Origin: Rhodospirillales bacterium
Lineage (GTDB): Bacteria > Pseudomonadota > Alphaproteobacteria > Bin95
Reading direction: 5' to 3'
Assembly: GCA_038143065.1 (NCBI GenBank)
Contig: JAYQLI010000002.1
Span: 1 to 51,984, forward strand
Length of the DNA: 51,984 nucleotides
The notes beneath the pieces are model-generated. The model ran no database searches. It was not told the DNA's origin and saw only the letters and a list, made by a program, of their open reading frames with translations. Positions 45,120 to 51,984 of the stretch are shown here, piece after piece. The translations under genes and the position numbers were made by a program. Position 1 is the stretch's first letter; each line of letters begins with the position of its first letter.

Positions 45120-45728
45120 TTGAAAATCAAATTTCTTAAAAGGATCAAACCTATGAAACTTTCTTCAAATACTTTTCATTACTCTTTGGCGGTGACTTGC
45201 GCGCTGTTACTCTTTTCGCCAGTTGCCGCTGATGAAGGCTCAGTTTCTCCAAGCATATGGGAATTTACGATAGAGCCTAAGCCAATGATTTATAAATCTG
45301 GCAATGTGACCTATGGGAACCGATTGTTCATGCTGCCGACTGATGATTGCGGCGTGCAAATACATGCCTGGTTCACATCTTACAACAAAGAGGCTCTCAA
45401 AAATCTTGAGGGCCAAGATATAGAAATGGATGTGGTTATCCTTGAAGGTGAAAATAACTATCCACTGATGAATGAAGCCTATCTTGAGTATGTTCTTGAT
45501 CCCAGCTTTGGCGACTTAGATCTTCTGTTCTCAATTGCTTCTTTTCGATTAGGAAACCTTAACAGCGCCGAGACTTTGCTTAATTGGGAAGATTTGGGCG
45601 CAACTGGTTTCCAGATGACAGCCCCTTCTGACGAAGTATTCGACGTACCTGTAGAAAGTTGGGACTTTTCAGGCTTTAGGCCGGCCGTGCAGGAATTACT
45701 GACTTGGTGCAAAGGCAACCAAGCATAA
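45120..45728 (+). CDS. Hypothetical exported protein
   Basis: Signal-peptide-like segment ending VAA-DE. Same operon as the Sel1 gene. Confidence 0.7.
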   Translation: MKIKFLKRIKPMKLSSNTFHYSLAVTCALLLFSPVAADEGSVSPSIWEFTIEPKPMIYKSGNVTYGNRLFMLPTDDCGVQIHAWFTSYNKEALKNLEGQDIEMDVVILEGENNYPLMNEAYLEYVLDPSFGDLDLLFSIASFRLGNLNSAETLLNWEDLGATGFQMTAPSDEVFDVPVESWDFSGFRPAVQELLTWCKGNQA

Positions 45729-45768
45729 TTTCATCCATTATCCAAATCAAACTACTCTGGAGGTTTTC

Positions 45769-46431
45769 TTGAAACGAAAGCTTATACTGCTTTTTGCGAG
45801 CATTTTTACCTTTTGCGCCCTTATATTCTTCTTCGTTCGTGATGAAGTTCAAGACTTTATCATTGAGCAGCAACTTGAAACTCAAAGTGATGCTGAGAAT
45901 GCAGGGCTGACCTGCATACAAAAACTCGAAAAGAAAGGCGTGGAGTTTGTAGAGTTACAGAAATTTGGAAAGCCTAAATGCATAGTCAAAGAACCGGTTC
46001 GAATTGAAAATTATCCCACAACCAAACTTTCTGGTCCGGTTACATTAAATTGTTCAACAGCACTCAACCTTGCAAATTGGCTAGAGGAAATCGGCGCTAA
46101 TGAAGTTGAACATTTTGGATCTTACAATTGTCGTACCATTCGAGGCAGCTCAATCATGAGCCAGCATAGCTATGGGTCGGCAATTGATATCGCCAGTATT
46201 AACGGGGCCTCTGTTTTATTTGATTGGGCAAATTCGGCTGAAAAGTCGGAGTTTCTAAAACATGCCGGAAAAACAGCCTGCAACCATTTTTCGAATGTCC
46301 TTACGCCGGATTATAATCAGGCGCATAAAGATCACTTCCATCTTGATGACGGGTATTTCTCAGCATGTGAAAAACCAACTGATACTAAATTAACAGCCAC
46401 ATTAAAGAAATTAGTCCGGCATATTTTTTAG
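45769..46431 (+). CDS. Extensin-like C-terminal domain protein
   Basis: GSYNCR, SQHSYGSAIDI and VLTPDYNQAHKDHFHLD motifs. Confidence 0.9.
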   Translation: MKRKLILLFASIFTFCALIFFFVRDEVQDFIIEQQLETQSDAENAGLTCIQKLEKKGVEFVELQKFGKPKCIVKEPVRIENYPTTKLSGPVTLNCSTALNLANWLEEIGANEVEHFGSYNCRTIRGSSIMSQHSYGSAIDIASINGASVLFDWANSAEKSEFLKHAGKTACNHFSNVLTPDYNQAHKDHFHLDDGYFSACEKPTDTKLTATLKKLVRHIF

Positions 46432-46658
46432 AACAAAATTTCATTTAACTTTTGCACCTGTTTCCCACATCGTACTTGTATAAACCTTGCAAACATAATT
46501 TTGCATCATTCCGATGGACCAAACGCAAACCATGCAATAACAAGCAGAGAGGCCAAATGTATAGCGCCTGTCATAGACACTTTAATCTCTACGCGCGAAC
46601 CTGACTAACAAAAATTCAAAGCATGGTATCTAAATAATGAATGCAGTCGCTCATTAAA

Positions 46659-47846
46659 ATGAATTTATCTGCATTTAACTTTAAAGACTTTCGCCTCTAC
46701 TTGCTGGGAAATCTATTTGCGATCAATGCACTTTGGATGCAACGAGTTACAATTGCTGGATTGCTTGGGATATTACGAAATCAGCTACTTTTGTAGGATT
46801 TATAGCATTCATAAATTTTGCTCCAGCGATTATCAGGGCCTTTATTTGGGGTTCTCATTGACAGGGTGAATGTAAAAAAAAGCCGCTCAAGTGACACAGT
46901 TTAGTTTGTTCACAATTTCTGTTGGCTTTTATCTGTTTTTTATTTTCGGGGGGCTTAATGAGTTATTTCTTTCTGTGCTCTCGTTATTATCGGGAATAGC
47001 CACCTCTGCGCATAATCCAGTAAGATTATCGTTAGCACCAAGGCTCGTTAATCGCGGATCGGTTTCCTCAGTTGTGTCAATTGTTGCTATCAATTTCAAT
47101 TTAGCAAGGTTAACGGGCCCGCAATTGCCGGGTGGCTAATTGCGGTTTGGGGTTTGCAAATTACTCTGCTCGTCCAAAGCTTGTTATATTTACCCTTTAT
47201 ACTGATGTTAAACCTTTTACGTCCTCGAGACCATGTGCCCCGCAAGGCTGGCAAAGAGCCTTTTTGGCTGCCCTACGTTCGGGCGTGAAGTACACGCTCT
47301 CTAATTCTTTAATGCGACAAGCCATTTTAATAACTAGCCTCTATGCTTTTCTAATTCGAGGAACTTTAGAAATCCTTCCAGTAATTGCGGATGGTATTTT
47401 CGCAAAAGGCGCTGCTGGCCTAGGAATATTAACATCAATTGCTGGATTTGGTGCAATCGTTGCGGGGATAACAAAAGTATTCACTCAAAGCCAAAAAGCA
47501 GGAGAAATACCAAAATTGGTGATCGCCAGTGCATTGCTTGGGGTAGCGCTTATTCCGTTAGTCGGACTTTCAAACACATGGGAGTTAACAGTTGGATACA
47601 TCTGCTACTTAGGTTTGCTGCAACTCTATCCGGCATTTCAATCCAAACAGCGCTTCAAATGGATTTGCCTGATCACTTTCGAGGACGCGTTATGAGCCTT
47701 TGGACGGTGATCAATGTAGGTGCTACTGCCACAGGAGCGATGATTTTGGGGGACTGGCCGATTATATTGGAATTCCAGCAGCGTTCTGTTTCGCCGGAGG
47801 CCTTGGCACTGCGCTTTTGATCACGGCGGTTCTAAAAAACCGATGA
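46659..47846 (+). CDS. MFS transporter (transmembrane secretion effector type), multiple frameshifts
   Basis: DFRLY...WMQRV, NPVRLSLAPRLV, NFNLARLTGP and PDHFRGRVMSLW. Confidence 0.85.
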
Positions 47847-47999
47847 ACCCGCAGCAATTAAGGAAATAATACTGAAACACAAACCAACTTTAGGAGAAGA
47901 GATCCGCCAAGGCATGATCCATCACCTAAATAATTTTCTAAAACCGAATCGCCTATAATCTCTTTTTATTGAAAAGTTTTAAGGTCGATCCCCAGATTT

Positions 48000-48041
48000 T
48001 GTGGATAAGTTTCACAAAGATGGGGATAAGCCTGTGGGTAA
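48000..48041 (-). promoter_or_regulatory. Cluster of three co-oriented DnaA boxes
   Basis: TGTGGATAA (48000-48008, perfect), TGGGGATAA (48021-48029) and TGTGGGTAA (48033-48041). A further perfect TTATCCACA is at 48216-48224. Confidence 0.7.
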
Positions 48042-48177
48042 GCGTTTTCCTCTAAATTTATGCTTTGTACATTTAGATTCCTGTGTACTCTCAAAATTAA
48101 TCTAGTCTGGGGGGTAACGAAATTTCAGGCTTAAAACTGGCAACAGATTTAAGGCTAAAACGGATTTACCACTGTCG

Positions 48178-48641
48178 GATTACAGATGTTGGAGAGGGTC
48201 ATGATCTTCGGGTTATTATCCACAAAAGCATCGGCGGTTAAATTGTGAAAACAAACTCTTCGGAGATTGCGGAAACAAATTAAACGCAGGAGGCGTTGGC
48301 TCGCTAACGCTGAAGGTAACTGGTGAGTTAGATTACAGATGCTGGGAAGGTTCTGATCTTCGGATAAGAAAACGGAAAGGCATCGGCGTGATAGAAAAAG
48401 TGAGTAATGTTTTCGGATTTTACGCCCTTTGACTAAAACGCAGGAAGCATTGGCTCGCTAATGCTGAAGGTAATCGGCAAGTTAGACTACAGATGTTGGA
48501 AAGGTTTTGATCTTCGGATCATTATCATAGAAGACATCGGCGATTAGGTGGCGTAAGTGTTGTCTTCGGATAATGTGCCCGTAAACTTAGACGCAGGACG
48601 CAATGGTTCGCCCATGCTGAAGGTGGCTGACAGATGGATTA
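48178..48641 (+). ncRNA. Tandem array of three ~153-nt structured RNA units (four-way junction, UUCG-capped arms); family unassigned
   Basis: Units start at 48178, 48331 and 48485. Conserved blocks GAYTACAGATGYTGGRRAGG, TGATCTTCGG, RCATCGGCG, TTCGGA, ACGCAGGA and GCTGAAGGT. Compensatory changes in the stems. No ORF. Confidence 0.8.
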
Positions 48642-48647
48642 GAACAA

Positions 48648-48698
48648 GTGGCCGTTCAACAAGGAGCTTCTCCATGTTGGGCGGTCATTTTGTTTTTT
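48648..48698 (+). terminator. Rho-independent terminator closing the RNA array
   Basis: GTGGCCGTTCAACA-AGGAG CTT CTCC-ATGTTGGGCGGTCAT stem followed by TTTGTTTTTT. Confidence 0.8.
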
Positions 48699-48725
48699 GG
48701 TTTTGATGCCTAGTTAGGAGTTTAC

Positions 48726-48998
48726 TTGACCGACAGATCCGAGTTTCTTGTTAACCATGACGCGCTCCAATTAAATATGAAAATTTTGGGCGATTTTAAA
48801 GGTTACTCGCTCTATGAGTTTTGTGATGAAACTCAACGCTTTATCATTGCATCAGAAACATGGGATTTAAAACCTTACAGCCTGACACTCGCAGATATAG
48901 ATGAAATCTTAATCGCCCGTCAAAAGCTGCTGAGTAGTTCATTCTTTAATATCGATCCCATACATCATATTTCTTCCAAAGCTTGCAGGCTGAATTAA
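48726..48998 (+). CDS. Hypothetical protein (90 aa) directly downstream of the RNA array terminator
   Basis: AGGAG RBS at 48716-48720 before a TTG start. No recognised domain. Confidence 0.55.
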   Translation: MTDRSEFLVNHDALQLNMKILGDFKGYSLYEFCDETQRFIIASETWDLKPYSLTLADIDEILIARQKLLSSSFFNIDPIHHISSKACRLN

Positions 48999-49027
48999 GC
49001 ATCATGAACAGGCCAAAGTCTTGATTT

Positions 49028-49393
49028 TCAACTGCAATATCCGACTAACCGGTCATAAGTTTTTGCACCAGTTAACTCACATACAGCCTTTGTAGTTAAA
49101 AACTGTTGAGCTAACAGATTTGCATGCTCACCATCTCGCGTACCGCGCTCGGGGCAATCCAACGCTGAAAGCCTAATAGCTATTCCATTTACTTCGATTG
49201 TATCACCGTCCCTGACGTGCGTTACCTGCCCTTGAAGTAGCGTTCCAGGTTTTGGTAGCTCTGACTTATTAATCTTTTTGTGGCAGTGGTACTTTTGCGA
49301 ACCTGAATGACAACCATTCTTATCAAGTCCGCCGCTATGAGCGGAGGCGAAGTTTGCAAGGAGAATAAAGATTAAAGCTAAGACGTATTTCAT
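49028..49393 (-). CDS. Secreted YHYH-domain plus thermonuclease (SNase-like) protein, C-terminally truncated
   Basis: Signal peptide, HSGGLDKNGCH...YHCH, VRDGDTIEV, IRLSALDCPE and YDRLVGYC. Confidence 0.85.
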   Translation of the reverse strand: MKYVLALIFILLANFASAHSGGLDKNGCHSGSQKYHCHKKINKSELPKPGTLLQGQVTHVRDGDTIEVNGIAIRLSALDCPERGTRDGEHANLLAQQFLTTKAVCELTGAKTYDRLVGYCS

Positions 49394-50201
49394 TCAAACT
49401 TTATCCAAACCCTCAAAAAAACGATCTAACTCATCATCATCTATATGCACCAAATGTGATGTTTCAGGAAAAGCCCCGGTATCGACGTCGTTTACAAATT
49501 CTTTAAATGCAGAGATGCGTTCTAGCTGAAGTCGATCAAACTCCGCTCTTGAAGTCATGATAAACTTTTGAATGGCGAGGGATATGACCCTCTGTGTATC
49601 CAAGAACATCATTCGAAAAGAGATATTGCGCATCGCAGCCCCCGCCCGCCCCCATTGACCAGACAAGCAGACTTGTGCGTTTCGCAAGTTCTGTTGCGAC
49701 CTCAACAGGTACAACTTCTAATTCAACCGCAATTGCACCTGCATCTTCATAGGATTTTATCTGCTTGAAAAGCTGAGCGCTTCTTCCGCTGTTTTCCTAC
49801 TGCCTTGAACCCACCTGTCAAGTCGCTCTTGAAGGTAGAAGACCAACATGCCCAACGACAGGTATGAATTTTTTCGCGAGCATTTCCACTGTAGAAAAAG
49901 ACCCAGAACAATAAACTGCATCAGCGCCGCGCTCTACAGCAGAGTTACACCATTTAAAGTATTCGTGAGGTGTTCCACATTCAGTATGCGTTTGCCCCGC
50001 CATAGAAAAAATGCTTGGCGCAACTTCACGGTATTGTGGATGAAACAAAACCTCCGCTGGAACTGAAGCGATATCAATGCCCGCCGCCTCTGCTGCTGCC
50101 GCCTCATCAAGAGAAAAGTACCTTAACATTGTAAGCTGCTTTTGCCCTTTTAAGGCTCGTAAATCCGATACTGTTGGAAGCTTACGTTGTTCTTTGGTCA
50201 T
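49394..50201 (-). CDS. Second PanB-like protein, frameshifted
   Basis: TVSDLRALKG, AEAAGID, IPVVGHVGLLP and DVDTGAFP. No GDS motif. Confidence 0.8.
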
Positions 50202-50299
50202 GAAAATCACTTTCGTCTCTCCCTCGTCAAACTTTGCAGCTCATAGTTGGAGCCCTTTGCATTAATCATCATCGCACCAGAGTTTAACTCTAATCACTC

Positions 50300-51700
50300 T
50301 TTTCGTTAAATAACCTCAAAAGATATTCCAAAATCAGGTAATTAGCAAGCTAAAAAATTTCTTTCTTTACTAGATGAGTATAATGGAGCTTTTCAATTTC
50401 AGCTATTGCCGTAGTAAATTTCTGAAATAAGCTAGTTCAAAATTAAATTATTGAAGCAATCATGCTTTTTTGAATCGCGAGCAGCTTTCTCTTCTTTTGT
50501 GATTTATGTTTTGATTATTACTAAGAGCCAACTCTGTTTGGTTTTTTAAGCTGAATCTAGCCGCCATTCGTAGCAAAGTGTAATCATCTGAATAAAAATT
50601 CATCAGTTGTTTCTTTTTGGACGTGTTTCAAAATGAATCCACTCCCAATTATTAAAGCTCACTAAACGCTTTAGTAAGGCTATAAAATGAATATTCGCAT
50701 CTATCTTCATTTCGAATTTATCCAACTCAAGCGAGAAAACTAATTCACTCCTTCAGGATCACCTTGTCTAACTGCAAAGTCATTGAAATGATCTTCAGTT
50801 CCATTTTCTTTCTTGAGCGATTTCATCTAGAAACCTGCGAACGAGAAAGGCCTCCAAATTATCTTACGCCAGTAATAAAACTCTTATCTGAAATCCCAGC
50901 TTTAGACACGCACTCACAACGTCGGTCCATCAATGCAAATGAACATCAAAGTTTCTTCAACCATCTTTGTTCAGAGTTTAGCCTTCATGTCTTTCAGACT
51001 CCCTTTGGCAAAATCATATCGCGTATTTGAGATTTTTAGATTTATCGTTGAGCAGGTTTGATGATTTGAGTTCAGGACAACTACAGCTTTAGAACCTTCG
51101 TATGAAATTTTCATAAAATCATTACCCGGAAAAGACCTAATCTCTTGACTGAATTTTCTGTACCGGTCCTGTTATCGTCGATGCTAATGCCGTTTTTCCT
51201 CCAGCCTCAATGCTTTCAATTTTAATAGCGGTTTCTTCTTCCATTTTGGCCGTCTAAGCTCATATCTGGTCTTTAATGTATTTTGTCAACCGAGTTGAGT
51301 AATGACAGATTCTAAACCAATGCTTGAGACCTTATTTCCGATATCCGCGCTGCATCAACTTTGAACGCTTTACTACAGTGTGGGCCTAATTTCAATAATT
51401 TCACTCAAAAAAGTTATACCTTTTGGTCGTCTCATCAATTCATACTGAATACGCCTGTTCTTCCTATCCGATAAAACGCGCTGATTTGGAAAAAAGAAAC
51501 AGAGGTTATTTTAAGTGATATTTCCTCAGAACACTCCAAACCTGGAATCGATCCTATGCGTTGCAGCAAACTTGCACTGTAATATCAGCATCAACATACC
51601 CATCAGAGTGATAACGCAAAGCTTCATCAAGGTGCTCCATTTCTTCTTCGTTTAATTCAAATAGTGTCCACGAGAATGGCCTGTGCGTAATCAGCAGGCA
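50300..51700 (-). other. AT-rich degraded or error-rich coding-like sequence, unassigned
   Basis: Short protein-like minus-strand stretches (e.g. FELNEEEMEHLDEALRYHSDGYVDADITVQ) but no sustained frame. Confidence 0.3.
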
Positions 51701-51984
51701 GCTCTAGAACCATGTTCCCAGGGATCTCTGTCTGTTTCGGCGCTGGGTGTCATGGAGAGACAGAAAGTTCGACGAACTTAAGATTGGCACTCTCCGTGAC
51801 AGCCAAAAGCCTCCCATTATGAAGCACCCGCATCCTGCGCCAGATCGTAGGCTGTTTGGAGCGGTGTTTTGGGCGTGTGGAGAGCTCTAACGGCTGCTCG
51901 ACACTGATGCGCCCGAAAAGGTGCAAGCAATTCAGCGGTATAGCTTGGAGCAAGCAGTTGATCTTATAGATGTAAGGAGGTTAG

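Noticed and set aside
48178-48641. CRISPR array or TIGR array
   Set aside because: Units are ~153 nt with internally paired variable regions rather than repeat-spacer alternation. No cas or Tas-like gene is in the window.
48178-48641. IS110 bridge-RNA array or hammerhead/glycine-riboswitch tandem
   Set aside because: No IS110 recombinase is nearby, and the P2 loops are short and conserved rather than guide-like. CTGAAGG only partly matches CUGANGA with no conserved GAAA partner, and the glycine aptamer CUCUCAGG is absent. Not fully excluded without a covariance search.
1-51984. Widespread frameshifts suggesting mass pseudogenisation or programmed frameshifting
   Set aside because: They are single-base indels in otherwise well-conserved genes, and their density varies in blocks. 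Long-read sequencing error is the simplest explanation.
51700-51984. GC-richer terminal segment as an IS end or RNA gene
   Set aside because: No terminal inverted repeat, transposase motif or recognisable RNA fold, and it is cut by the window edge.

Overview
Alphaproteobacterial chromosome segment with Rhodobacteraceae/Roseobacter-like gene content. Many genes are broken by single-base frameshifts, most simply explained by uncorrected long-read error. Left to right: a Dpp/Opp ABC operon, a GST and an FMN-binding glutamate synthase-family gene (1-7.5 kb). A nested integrative region (~7.5-33.9 kb) follows, with an AlpA/primase remnant, a tRNA-Phe-like att fragment, three tyrosine integrases and several catabolic cargo modules (LacI-PhyH-PanB-like; flavin oxidoreductase; racemase/TPP enzyme/TRAP/DadA-like/enolase/LysR; AKR-AraC). 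Each module is bounded by copies of a ~46-bp-period palindromic repeat with a 12-6-12 recombinase-site-like layout. Then come tesA-ybbA-ybbP, a hydratase, a ChvI/ChvG-like paralogous two-component system with phased TGCAYA boxes, anti-SD hairpin sRNA candidates and exported proteins, and an MFS gene. The most striking unexplained structure is at 48.0-49.0 kb: three DnaA boxes, a tandem array of three ~153-nt covarying four-way-junction RNA units with UUCG-capped arms, a strong terminator and a small orphan ORF. The window ends with a YHYH/SNase nuclease, a second PanB-like gene and degraded sequence.
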